A DNA stretch of 63,341 nt, counting the filler, from Craspedostauros australis (Eukaryota), in assembly GCA_030167865.1 (NCBI GenBank). It is 13 parts of 13 records of this genome, joined end to end, with 100 filler letters (N's around TTAATTAATTAA, not from the genome) between each part and the next. Parts side by side here need not be neighbours in the genome. Positions count along the whole stretch, not along the records: positions 9,312 to 16,084 come from JALAGF010005788.1; positions 16,185 to 21,227 come from JALAGF010005789.1; positions 21,328 to 22,922 come from JALAGF010005791.1; positions 23,023 to 48,857 come from JALAGF010005792.1; 9 more parts are not named here. The stretch is one strand, 5' to 3'. The notes below the pieces were generated by a model. That model was not told the origin of the DNA, did no database searches, and saw only the letters and a list, made by a program, of their open reading frames with translations. The position numbers and the translations under genes are program-made. The stretch's first letter is position 1. Each line of letters opens with the position of its first letter. Of the stretch, positions 12,343-24,856 are shown one piece after another.

Positions 12343-13320
12343 GCGGAAGTGGAAGTTTTGGAACGACGATAAGTGTCCAGTGTGCAAGGATCAAGAAGAA
12401 ACGACGGAGCACCTCATGCAGTGCCAGCACCCATTGGCGGTTTCGGTGCGACGGACAGCAATCAAAGAGTGGGAAACAGAGATGTTGGCGGCCCGTGGCG
12501 ACGGCCCGATGGTTCGAGCGCTTGTGCAGCAAGTGTGGGCGTGGAGCGAGGGTCGAGAAGTCCGAGCAGCGGCAGGCCCGCAGTTGCAGCAGGCGATATC
12601 GGAGCAGCAAACGATAGGGTGGGGCATGATGGTGCGAGGTAGATGGTCCACGAAGTGGCGAAGAATACAGGAAAGCACGATGGAGATTCTTGACCAGCCC
12701 GGGCGACCTGCGAACTGGATTGCACGAGCAATAGCGGGGTTGTGGGAAGTGCGGTGGAAAGCGTGGATGGCGCGCAACAAAGTGCTCCACGAGTGCGAGC
12801 AAGCGGCAAAGATAGCCAAGGCGTACCAAGAGGCGGCAGTCGCAGTCCGAGACGAGTGGCGCCGAGGGGTGCGAGGGATCGAAGGCAACGACGCCCGGCT
12901 GCTGACCCATACGACAGAGGCAACGGTTAGGGAGCAATCGGCAGAGAACCAAATGTTGTGGGTGCGGCATGTGCGGGCGGCCAGGCAAGCAGGGCTACGG
13001 CGGCGCCCAGGCGGCACAGCGCAGCGACCACGAAAGCGGAAGGAGTCGACGGCGAGGCAGGATACGGCAGGCAGCCGGACTCGGCGGCGACAACGTCTGC
13101 GATGACAGAAAAAGAGAATGAAGTGCATTACAGTGACAGCTGTGTGCCCAGTGCGGTATGTTTGATGGCCCATGGAATTGGCAACCCGTGGTAGACGGAG
13201 ATGTGGGAGATCTAGGTAGGTCGTTCGAGCGCAGTCGGCCCGTCAGGGCTAGCTGTACGCCGGCGACGTTAAAGCTTTCGAGGCAACCCTCGTGTGAGGG
13301 GATAATCAGTGCGTGATTAT
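12339..13320 (+). mobile_element. LINE 3' fragment (second family): CCHC domain, ORF stop at 13105 and probable 3' UTR
   Basis: CPVCKDQEETTEHLMQC, QQTIGW...RGRWS..W and W..RNKVLH motifs. The 3' boundary is approximate. Confidence 0.8.
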
Positions 13321-14145
13321 TAGAATACAGCGAGTACTTGTAGTCACATGTGATGATCGTGAGCTACTCGGCCAATCAACCGATCAGAGCCAACAGAGCG
13401 AAAGAGATAACAACGTGGCAGCCATCGTTTGCAACTGTATCACGTCAGCAGCAGCCAGATCCACGATACGTACAAGCACAGTGGGTCACCAAGCAAGCTT
13501 GCAATAACATCAATCCAAGCACACTCCAACAGCAGCGTCGGTGTTGACCGTGCTCATTGCATCATTACCACAACAGTTGGATAGCATCAACATCACAGTA
13601 CCATCCACAGTGACATCAACTCCATCAGTAGCATCAGTATAAACAACAACAACAACAGTAAAAGGAGGAGGCAACAGCAGTGCAGTTGCAGCAACGAGCC
13701 GCAGACCAACTGATCAAATGAAAAGCAACATCACTTGCAACAAGCATCATGGTGAGTTTTGTGATGGGTGTTTGTTTGTGTGGTGACATGATGTGGTGCG
13801 CAGAGCTTGATGGACCGAGGCAAAGCGCAGCGACCCGAAACACGACCTCACACGAACCCTTTGTTGTCTACCACACAACACCACACTCTGGGACACCGGG
13901 CAAAATGGGTCGAATTAGTCAATCTGCGATGTGACTGACCCAGCCAATCAGAGCTTTCTGTATTGGCGATGACAACTGTTTTCCCGAGAAGAAAGTTCTC
14001 GATTCAAACTGGTGTTCTCGGGAACTCTTTGCCGGTCACAGACGCCAATTTCATTTATGGGGCACATGGGCAGAAACTCCGAGAATGACCCTCGCTAAGT
14101 TTGCCTTGGTTAAATCCCGAGCAATCGTGCCAACACGAAACCCTT

Positions 14146-14330
14146 GATTTATTTAGACGTCATTCGAATTAAATAGACGTCATTAGATTTATTTAGACGT
14201 CATTCGAATTAAATAGTCGTCATTAGATTTATTTAGACGTCATTAGAAATAAATAGTCGTCATTTGATTTATTTAGACGTCATTCGAAATAAATAGTCGT
14301 CATTCGATTTATTTAGACGTCATTCGATTT
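14146..14330 (+). repeat. 20-bp tandem array (about 9 units, alternating variants GATTTATTTAGACGTCATTC / GAA(T/A)TAAATAG(A/T)CGTCATT)
   Basis: Directly visible period-20 repeat. Confidence 0.95.
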
Positions 14331-15126
14331 GTTTCACGGGACACGCCACTTGGCTCAACTGACTCGATCGACTAAGCAAGGCTCTTGCCACGTCACGATT
14401 GATGAAATGGAAACAGACCAACAAACAGGAATACACAGACGGGATTCGATGAGAGCAACACATGGCGCTCGCGCGTTCGTTTGGAATGGCCAAGCCATGC
14501 AAACCACTCCACAACATCAAGTATCAACGTAGTGTAGCGAACGCGATACAAATGCAATACACACCGATGCACGCATGTGTTGCATCCTACATCGCTTTAG
14601 ACCAGTGTGATGTCATGCTCGTTTCGTTTGTTCTGCATTTGTCTTTGCAGCGTCAGTGAAGGCGTCTCCCTGTTCGAAGAGTAGTCGCATTGTGTTTCTC
14701 TGTGCATTGCTCACAAATCTTGCCGTCCACAAGAAGCCATCGCCATGAGATTCCCCCCGCCCCACGCTTCCTCCTTCCAACAAAGCAAAGCCGCTGGCAT
14801 GAGCGGCAGCCATATCATTCCAATGGCTCTCTCCCGCTCCTCTTCTTCCAATACAGTACCAAATGGACAACAGATCAGAACTCTTCGAGGTTGACCACGA
14901 ACTCTTTGTACAGTCTGCTTCACATTTATACAATCGCAACCAAAATAAAACGTATAATAGACAATAACACTCCAACTCCACACTCGTCTCTGTTGTGATC
15001 CGTCCAGAGAGGGGCAAAGTCGAGGAGAGCCACCATTTCGTGGTTTGCTTGTGTGACCAAGCGCACTTGATTAGTTCGATCACTTCCCGACCTTGTCTTC
15101 TTGGGTCACGAGTGACAAACTTGTGC

Positions 15127-15279
15127 GATTCATTTAGACGTCATTAGATATATTTAGACGTCATTAGATATATTTAGACGTCATTAGATTTATTTAGACG
15201 TCATTAGATATATTTAGACGTCATTTGATTTATTTAGACGTCATTCGAAGTAAATAGTCGTCATTCGACTTATTTAGAT
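15127..15279 (+). repeat. Second array of the same 20-bp unit (7-8 units), same orientation
   Basis: Repeating GATATATTTAGACGTCATTA units. Confidence 0.95.
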
Positions 15280-17409
15280 TTAGGCGCTGATTGTCATCGG
15301 TATTGACGGGACTCGATCATTTGGGCCAGCGGCATCGATGCCTCGTTGTATTTGTCCGAAGTAGGACCAACATGATGTCGCACTAAGTTCTTCGAAAGGA
15401 GGTTCGTTCTTCGCCAATCGCGGAATGTCAATTGAGGCTTTCTTGTGTCTGGTGACAAAATCGGTTTTGGATGTCGAATTAGTCGTACTAGTCGAGTTTC
15501 CGTCTCCGCTGCTTTTTGCCGGGTGTCCCTGCTGCTTTTGACTGTGACGCGGCGCACTTGCGGAACAATCAATCAAAGCGCTACGACTTGAAAGACATAA
15601 CCAGAATTGGATTGGACATTGTGGGGCATAATGCGTCATATGACCCAGCAAAACCAGCAACACAAACAAAATTATCTCTCTGTACGGGCTTTCTCCGCGC
15701 ATGTGCCTAGTTATGTGGAGCTACCTTCCACCTCACTCACTCGGCAAACCGATAGCACTAGTTGTAGAGTTTTTGCTGTTTTTCTGGCCAGAATGACTCG
15801 TGTTTGNNNNNNNNNNNNNNNNNNNNNNNNNNNNNNNNNNNNNNNNNNNNNNNNNNNNNNNAGTGGCCAGTGGCGTGACTGGTCGCAACCCACAAAACCG
15901 AGCAACAGAGGTTTGCGTTGTTGTCGAACACCCATCATCATCTGATGGCATCACACCTGTCCCCTCTCCACCTCTATTTCCTTGGTGCTAATACTTTTTA
16001 TAATTCTACTAATAGACTTCGTTTCCTTCTCCTCGTAGGCGTTGCTGCTGTGGGTCTGTGTGTTGCCCATTCTGCCTGTCTGTGNNNNNNNNNNNNNNNN
16101 NNNNNNNNNNNNNNNNNNNNNNNNNNNNTTAATTAATTAANNNNNNNNNNNNNNNNNNNNNNNNNNNNNNNNNNNNNNNNNNNNTGTAGACATGCAGGAC
16201 AGTGATGGAGTGGCGCAGAAAATCGCGGAACTCGCAGGCCTGGAGGTTGGTGACCCAATCGTCATTGTTGATGTTGTCTCCACAAGTCCAAAACCACAAT
16301 CAAACTTTCCACATGCCATGGATGTGGACAAGACTGCCACCCCAATGCACCAATTGGGCATGGAAGAAGGCATCATCACCATTGAGNNNNNNNNNNNNNN
16401 NNNNNNNNNNNNNNNNNNNNNNNNNNNNNNNNNNNNNNNNNNNNNNNNNNNNNNNNNNNNNNNNNNNNNNNNNNNNNNNNNNNNNNNNNNNNNNNNNNNN
16501 NNNNNNNNNNNNNNNNNNNNNNNNNNNNNNNNNNNNNNNNNNNNNNNNNNNNNNNNNNNNNNNNNNNNNNNNNNNNNNNNNNNNNNNNNNNNNNAACAGA
16601 ATGTGACATCCCGGAGCACTTAGGAAGAGAGGAAGAAAGGAAAGACTCGTGTGAAGCATGAAAAGGCCATCACCTGTCCATATTGTGTGAGTGTGGTGTG
16701 TCTGATTTGGTACTATTGGCAGATTTAGAGTATCGGAGATGTGATGATCTCTGTGGCAGCCGGTGTGCCTCCATCAGCGTCTGTCATCATACGGAAGTAC
16801 GCCTGCCAACAAGCGAGTTTGCAAAAGTTGNACACAACAAATNCAGCTAAAAATACGCAAAATACGCTAACTTCGACCAATTCNCACTGTCAGAATCTGC
16901 ATTTTGGCATACTTCTGCCGCCTACATCATCCAAAACAAGAAAAATTAACAATTATGAACGCTTTCGAACGCCTGATGTGACGTCACGATACAGAATTGC
17001 GGGAAGACATCCACGAACAGAAGAGAGGGGACGGAACGCATCGATGATAAAAACCTGTCGTAGTGACACACAGGATGGTATCGCATTCTTCTGTCGTGGT
17101 ACCTGGCACCGACAGAGACGAGAGACAACCACACGAGTTTTGAAGGAAGGAAGAGTCACTAAAAACAGGCAATTNNNNNNNNNNNNNNNNNNNNNNNNNN
17201 NNNNNNNNNNNNNNNNNNNNNNNNNNNNNNNNNNNNNNNNNNNNNNNNNNNNNCCCCCACTTTTGATGACGTCGTTAGTGTCTCAACACATGTCGCAAAA
17301 AAGATAAGTTGCAATCATTTCGGAACGGAGGAATACACTGTAGCTGACCCGCTCAATTATGTACAATGGGGTACGACACAATCCATTGCGCTTGGATCAG
17401 CGCTGATAT

Positions 17410-18281
17410 CCATAATGATTTTGGCCTGGTACTGGCCTACGTAGCTTGCGTCCGGACGCAAATTGGACGCTCAGTTTGCGTCCCCACGCAAATTGGGCCA
17501 ATTTGCGTCCGGACGCAAGCGGCGACTCAANNNNNNNNNNNNNNNNNNNNNNNNNNNNNNNNNNNNNNNNNNNNNNNNNTTTTTCGCTGGCCATCTCGAC
17601 TCACGACATGACTCATGTCTTAGTTCTATAATAATCGCTGCAGTTGTGGTAATTGAACAAACAAAAATAATGATTCGTGCCCAACCCTCCTTGTTGTGTT
17701 ACACCGTTGCCAGGATTTTGTGTTGTTGTCAGGATCGTGGTCGATGACATCAAAATCGAAAAGTAAAAGCTTATTACCTTAGATCCCATGACGTCAGAAA
17801 AGCAAGACAGGCGCACGGAAAGGAACCCCTGAGACATGACCAATGACGCCGTGCTGNNNNNNNNNNNNNNNNNNNNNNNNNNNNNNNNNNNNNNNNNNNN
17901 NNNNNNAGATCCCATGACGTCAGAAAAGCAAGACAGGCGCACGGAAAGGAACCCCTGAGACATGACCAATGACGCCGTGCTGCATCGCGACGTTTTTTTT
18001 TTTGAAATCGCCAAATAAGTGAGTTACTCGAAGGAGTCAGAAAAAAAAACAACCCACTTTCGGGTTTCGGACCGAAATCGGNNNNNNNNNNNNNNNNNNN
18101 NNNNNNNNNNNNNNNNNNNNNNNNNNNNNNNNNNNNNNNNNNNNNNNNNNNNNNNNNNNNNNNNNNNNNNNNNNNNNNNNNNNNNNNNATTTGCGTCCGG
18201 ACGCAAACTGAGCGTTCAATTTGCGTCCGGACGCAAGCTACGTAGAGAATGCGTCCGGACGCAAGAAAAACGTCATTATGG
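17410..18281. mobile_element. Non-autonomous DNA transposon (MITE) copy 1, flanked by ATAT
   Basis: ATAT[CCATAATGA...TCATTATGG]ATAT, with several subterminal TTGCGTCCGGACGCAA palindromes. Confidence 0.85.
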
Positions 18282-18949
18282 ATATGTCGGTCGTATCGGC
18301 GCTCCGCTCGATTGGTGTCTCCTTTTTGTCCTGCTCTACTCCCCACACTGCAGTCGACCATTTTCTGGAGTCGACCCATGAGCGAAAGATGACGGAAAAA
18401 AGAGACGACGGCGACACACAAAACTCGGATCGGATCCGCAACAAAACTCCTCCAATCGCCGTGCGCATCCTCACTCTCTTCAGTTCTGAGACATCATGGC
18501 CGATTCCTGTCGCATGGAATACAATCCAAACCAGAGAAAGCACACGACCATGAGAGAAATACCATTCTTCACAGGTATCATACTATGATTGTCTGAATTA
18601 TATGTTATAACATAAAAGTGCACTCTCCTCGTATTCGTTGTGCCATCGTATTGCACATCACATCACGATGATGTGGTGACGAGGATGAGTTGGACATCAT
18701 TGAAATCACATCGATCGTGTAGTAGTGTAGTAGCGTCGTGGTGGAGTACCGTAGTATAATAATATACTATAGTATAGTATAATACTATAGTATAGTAGCA
18801 TAGTGTTATCAGCATAATAGCGATGATGTTGTGGTGAGCAGTCGCGAAAACGCTCTGTGATGGCTGTGCGCATCATGCTTTTTTGTTTGTGCGAAGTACN
18901 NNNNNNNNNNNNNNNNNNNNNNNNNNNNNNNNNNNNNNNNNNNNNNNNN

Positions 18950-19028
18950 GCAAATTGAGACTTCAATTTGCCTGTGGAGACAAGCTACGTAGAGTTTGTC
19001 TCCACAGACATGAAAACCCTCATTATGG
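18950..19028. mobile_element. MITE copy 3, right end only (divergent)
   Basis: ...CAAGCTACGTAGAG...TCATTATGG-ATAT; the left part is lost in a gap. Confidence 0.7.
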
Positions 19029-20103
19029 ATATCTCTGGTTGTTATCGGCCCGCTTTGGTTCCATGCGTCATCGAGATCGCCGTGGGAAGATCCGAAGACT
19101 TCATGGATGTCGTAGACGCTGCGGTAGTCGTTGATATCCATAATGATTTTGGCCTGGTACTGGCCTACGTAGCTTGCGTCCGGACGCAAGCGGCGACTCA
19201 ACGGACTCGCCCAAATACGCTTTATGAGAAGCCGTTTTTTNNNNNNNNNNNNNNNNNNNNNNNNNNNNNNNNNNNNNNNNNNNNNNNNNNNNNNNNNNNN
19301 NNNNNNNNNNNNNNNNNNNNNNNNNNNNNNNNNNNNAATCATGATTCGTGCCCAACCCTCCTTGTTGTGTTACACCGTTGCCAGGATTTTGGTGTTGTTG
19401 TCAGGATCGTGGTCGATGACATCGAAATCGAAAAGTAAAAGCTCATTACCTCAGATCCCATGACGTCAGAAAAGCAGGTCAGGCGCACGGAAAGGAACCC
19501 CCGAGACATGACCAATGACGCCGTGCTGCATCGCAAGGTTTTTTTTTTTGAAATCGCCAAATAAATGTGTTACTCGAAGGAGTCAGAAAAAAAAACAACC
19601 CACTTTCGGGTTTCGGACCGAAATCGNTTTTTTTTTTCTGCAANACGGGACATCGTGGAGGAACATGGGACTTAAGTAGTACAAGTGGTATTTTCGGCGA
19701 GCTTGCATTTGCGTCCCCACGCAAATTGGCCCAATTTGCGTCCGGACGCAAGAAAAACGTCATTATGGATATGGAAAATGTGCGTGATGTTGGGATCCAG
19801 GATGTTGCACTCGTTGGGTTCGAAGGGATCAGTCGGCCATCGCAGCATAAACTGCGGGAATTATGTGATGTTGCTTGGCCACCGAGGCGAATCGACTATG
19901 CTTGAATTGACGGCGGTGTCAACGTCCCAGTATTCAGATTCCACGTTGCTTAAGTATCCCAAAGACTTGATTTGCCGAGAAGAGGCGACCAAGTTGACAA
20001 CGGCAACGGCACCAACGAGAGCAAGCATGAACAGATTCTTTCCGTTCCTCCTGTTGGTTGTATCCTGAGCGGCGTTGATCGGCGTTGCTGAGAAGAGCTC
20101 CAT
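19029..20103 (-). pseudogene. Host gene remnant with an N-terminal signal anchor, disrupted by a stop and MITE insertions
   Basis: RRNGKNLFMLALVGAVAVVNLV signal anchor. Removing MITE copy 2 gives in-frame ...PNITHIFHINDYRSVYDIHEVFG..., which ends at MITE copy 3. Confidence 0.6.
19138..19768. mobile_element. MITE copy 2, flanked by ATAT
   Basis: Same TIRs and internal sequence as copy 1; ATAT at 19134-19137 and 19769-19772. Confidence 0.88.
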
Positions 20104-20821
20104 GTTGCCTCAATGTTCCGAGACCGACAGCTGTTTACGGTTGGTTGGAGCTCCCAGGCATTGGATGTATGAATGGTTGGCTGCGGGTGTGGCAACAGGA
20201 TCGTACAATACTCAACATTATGGTGCATGCGAGTGTGGTCTGCATCGATTGGCCAGTCTCCATTTGGTGTTTGCCGTGCAGTCTCAACGCGTTACAACCG
20301 TAATTTTTCGTGAAAAATTCGGCCTTGTGCCTCAAAGAGCCGGCTGTAACCAATTTTTTTGGTTACAGTTGGTTACAAGAAAAATGTCGTGTAGATCGTG
20401 GTACACGTTCTACGCAAGTCCCGAACAAAAAAAGGCCAAAAACAGCATCATCCAAAGTTAAACTCTCCGGACTTAGCTCGTGTGCGTGTTCCTGTACTCG
20501 TATTTATATTGTAGCATATTATATAGTTTATATATACAATCCTAAAGTTTGGTGTCTGTCGCTCTCTTTCTCGGCGAGCAATGACACGATACGTCAAGCA
20601 CCCCCATCATTCACGAATGCAGTTGGGTATTCGAGACGTGTTTGGGCACCACAGGCACGTTTGGAATCGTCACACACATCATCTTCGCTTCCCCTCCTCA
20701 CAATTTCGTTCACGACGAATCGCCAACACCCTTGGCGAGAGACAACAGCACAGTCAAATCAATCAATTGATGCCCTCTCCACACGCACACAGATCGTATT
20801 GTATGTAAGTGTATTTGTTGA

Positions 20822-21227
20822 TTAGTGTGAATTTCCCTCGTCGCTCGTGGCATGTGTGTGGAAGCATGTGCGGGTGTCACTTTTTTTTGGGACTGCTGGG
20901 CAGCACCACACGAGCGTTTCAGGCGCAGATGATGGGCAATGCTCACATACGAAGCAGACAACCTTCTTGCAGATGACACATCTTCCTCGTGCCGATCTCT
21001 GACCTTGCTTCAAGCGCCCATTGGTGTCCTTATAGACATTTGATAGCTGCTTCCGTGCTTTCACCAGGTGGTGATGGCCGATTCGGTGAGGTGATTGTTT
21101 CTGTTGCTGTTGTGGTTGGCTGTTGTTGTTGGTCGCGCTGTCATTTGGCTCGTTGGATGCTTTCGCCCCATCGTCCACGTTATTGCAAGCGTGCCCTTGT
21201 GGCAGAATAGATGTGGTTTCCAGACAC
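20822..21227 (-). mobile_element. piggyBac-like transposase C-terminal cysteine-rich domain
   Basis: RGRCVICKK..CFVCEHC....WCC......RTCFHTH, followed shortly by a stop. Confidence 0.7.
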
Positions 21228-21327
21228 NNNNNNNNNNNNNNNNNNNNNNNNNNNNNNNNNNNNNNNNNNNNTTAATTAATTAANNNNNNNNNNNNNNNNN
21301 NNNNNNNNNNNNNNNNNNNNNNNNNNN

Positions 21328-22922
21328 TGGCCACACGCCACTCATCCAACTGGAAGGAGCTACGCACCCTACTCAGCACTCTGCAGCAGGTCGCCAACAA
21401 CCCAGCATCCGTTATGGACGTCTTCGGTGCCACCTTCTTCTACTTCACTGACAACATGTACACCTACTGTGTTGTCGATGGAGGCACTTCCACATCACCG
21501 GAACTGCACAAGATGGTCCGAAAGATCAAGCAGCTCGAGCTCCGCCTGTCGTGCCACCTCCAAGTCATCCACATCCCCGGCACCGCCATCATCACAGAAG
21601 GGACGGACGGACTCAGCCGTGGGATCTGGATTAATGCNGCTCATCAGAGGCCTACCTCATCACAGATCTTATCCGCGTGTCTGGCCCCGGCACCACTCCA
21701 ACAACGGCATGTCTCCCGGATCGCGTCCCTCGCCTTCCCCGACACTCTCACGACTGTACTACTACGTCGATGGGATCGCCCCTGGAACCCAGGGAGCTGC
21801 ATGAACTGCATCACCCTGTGGGCACCGCCGCCAGAACTGGCCTATCAGCTGATCTACTTCCTGCTGGGGTGCTGGGCGGAACAACCATTGGATANNNNNN
21901 NNNNNNNNNNNNNNNNNNNNNNNNNNNNNNNNNNNNNNNNNNNNGCTCATCAGAGGCCTACCTCATCACAGATCTTATCCGCGTGTCTGGCCCCGGCACC
22001 ACTCCAACAACGGCATGTCTCCCGGATCGCGTCCCTCGCCTTCCCCGACACTCTCACGACTGTACTACTACGTCGATGGGATCGNCCCTGGAACCCAGNG
22101 AGCTGCATGAACTGCNTCACCCTGTGGGCACCGCCNCCAGAACTGGCCTATCAGCTGATCTACTTCCTGCTGGGGTGCTGGGCGGAACAACCATTGGATA
22201 CCGGATTCGTCATCCTCGTCCCCAGAGTGCTCCAGCGCACTTTTGTCCGACTCTCACGTCACCTCATCCGGGTTGGGGTGTTCACCAACGACGACCTGTC
22301 GCTCTCTTCTCCTTCTCCTCTCAACATTCCTAACCTCGTTCTCTCACGCCTCCCAGAATGGACTTTGCTCCCCGCTCCCGGAATCGACGGCATCACCAAC
22401 GGATCGCCGAGCGTTTGCACGGGCTGTGCTAGGAGCATCAATCGGCACACCGCCGCGCACCAGTGTCACTTCGCAGACAGCGGATTCACTCACAACGGCA
22501 TCTCCTACCAACCATGCCACACCCGATACCACAAGCTGTGCTGCCGAGCCGGACCTCCCTTCCGCACGCGCCTCCGCAATCATAAGGGCCTGATGTTGCC
22601 ACCCAACCTCAGCATACTGGGTCTCTTTGTCTGTGAGGCATGCACGGTCCGAGTGCACCTCCAGCGGGAGCTGGTCTCCAGCCCCACAGACTATCACCTC
22701 CTCCGCTTGGAACGTATGCGCATCATTGACATGGCACACAACTGGGCGGCGGGCACGCTCACCACCTACAGCAGCAAGATTCAGGTGTTGCGCAAGTTCG
22801 GTCTACAGTACGGCATTCCGACTATGCAACCGCCCGACATCCAATCGCCGCCCTGCTCCGACACGATTCCGATCATGTGGGCGCAGGAGCACTACGCCAC
22901 GCAGGCGCCCTCTCGTAAGAAC
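21328..22922 (+). mobile_element. DIRS-type tyrosine-recombinase retrotransposon fragment: RNase H, MT-like segment and start of the YR region
   Basis: SSNWKEL, YFTDN, IHIPGT...GTDGLSRG, WAPPP and LVPR, then a Cys/His-rich finger (PCHTRYHKLC..FVCEAC) and W..GTL..Y. The YR catalytic residues are not in the window. Confidence 0.8.
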
Positions 22923-23022
22923 NNNNNNNNNNNNNNNNNNNNNNNNNNNNNNNNNNNNNNNNNNNNTTAATTAATTAANNNNNNNNNNNNNNNNNNNNNN
23001 NNNNNNNNNNNNNNNNNNNNNN

Positions 23023-23652
23023 CTCCACATCGCTGTCATCAAATGCATCATCACCATCTGAATCAAGGTCCAGCTCCGTCGCCAGAGCATTCAGATAGTC
23101 CTCATCATCATCCGCACCATCATCGTCGTCGTCGGCATCTGGATCCTCACTCTTCTTCACCTCTCTCATTGACACCACAGATCGAAGACCAGCGCTGTAC
23201 TCCATCGGAAACTCATCTTCCTCCTCGAAGTAGTACTGCTCGGCCTCCTCGATGAGGGTGAAGTTCATGAGTGTCTTGGACACAGACGGGAAGTACTTAA
23301 AGCTGTCCTTGAAGACATCGTAGTACTTCTTGGTGTAGCAGATCGTGATGGCTGCCTTGTGGAGTGCCTCGATGGCTTCAGGCTCGAAGTCATCTTCCAG
23401 CTCTGTTGCTTCCGTCTCCTTGATGATGTCATCGATCTCTTTTCGGATTCGTCGCTTTCGTTGGCGGCGTTCCGCTCTCATCTGACGACGCTCATCTTCG
23501 GTGACGGTTTGAGTGGTTGTTTGAGTGGAGGCTTCCACAGACTCCACCTCCTCCGACATCACGACTCTGTCTTTTGATGTGCAGAATTCACCTCTCTCTT
23601 CGTTGATTGGCCTTCGCTTGTCTCTGTGGTCTGGTTGGACGAGTATTGGCAA
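23023..23652 (-). CDS. Acidic hypothetical protein, N-terminal fragment
   Basis: Open frame with coding-like composition and a basic NLS-like RRQRKRR; runs into the scaffold end. Confidence 0.5.
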
Positions 23653-24856
23653 TGCCAGCTCAAAGTCTCCCAGAGCGGTATGCGCAGCCGCTGTTCACAC
23701 GTTGCTGATGGAGTTGCCCCGAAGCGATAAGTCTCTCGACGTATTTGTATTCTGTCGTTGTGATTGCGTTCTTCTCTGTCTTCTTGCCGTGGCCTCTTGT
23801 GAGGTGTGATGTCAAAGAGAAACGAGAAAGGTGAATACTCGCGTTTGTGTTTGTGTACGCGCACGCATGCACGTGTTCATGAAGTGTGCAATTGGCTGAC
23901 GCCGTTCCAGAGAGTGTGTTTGCTGTTGTCTGTGATCGTGGTGATTGACTTCAGGGTTCCGATTTGGATCCGAGAAAAACCTCGTGACGGTCACAAACCC
24001 AAAACATCCAAAATCGTATCTTCGTGAGACCATTGACTCATTCGACTAAAACACAGAATGTCGCACACGTAGTTCTCGTTGTCACAAAGCGTGAACCAAT
24101 CAGAATGCAGATATCCGTTTTTGGTAGGTCTTGGTAGCGAACGTACGCTGAGTTGCACTTTGTCAGCCCATCCATCTGCCGCAAGACATCTGCGTGTCTT
24201 TGATGGGCATCAAGAAACATCGAAACGATGACATCGAATGACGCACCGCCAACACATCGTGTTGGAAAAAGGCAAACAACTGCGTCAACTTCAATTGTTG
24301 CAGTGGCAACTGCAACTACGACAGCCACACGCGCACACTCATCCATCAATCGATCAAATGGTCCATGTATCCCCATCCACTCACTCATCTGTCAACAGAA
24401 GGGACACAACGAAGGAATTCAAACCATCAAACGACCGAAGCAAACGAAAGAAGAAAGCAAGACAGACAGATAGCAACAGATAGCAACAGATCCAGCCTAC
24501 ATCCATCGGCAACACCCGAGCGACAGCGGAGAGGCATCAAGGTTTGAGTGGATCGCAGCATCGGTATTGCCATCAGCAAAGAGATCAGCAAAGACATCGG
24601 CAAAGCCAAAGCCATTGGCAGAAGCATCAGAATCCTCAACATTGCACTTGGACCACAGGGAAGGTGTCATCATCGATTGAGATCACAACCCCACGTCATT
24701 CGCACGGATACTCACACTCAACGGACCGTACTCGAATACAAGCCAGCTGGGCAGTATCGGAGCGGGCCTGAATAGCAGACAGAATACGGGCGGCAGACGC
24801 AGGGGACAGACAAGATTCGCGCACAAAGGATTGACACCAGCTGCAGCAGGGCCACC

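Noticed and set aside
14146..15279. CRISPR-like array
   Set aside because: Units are contiguous with no unique spacers, there are no cas genes, and the context is eukaryotic.
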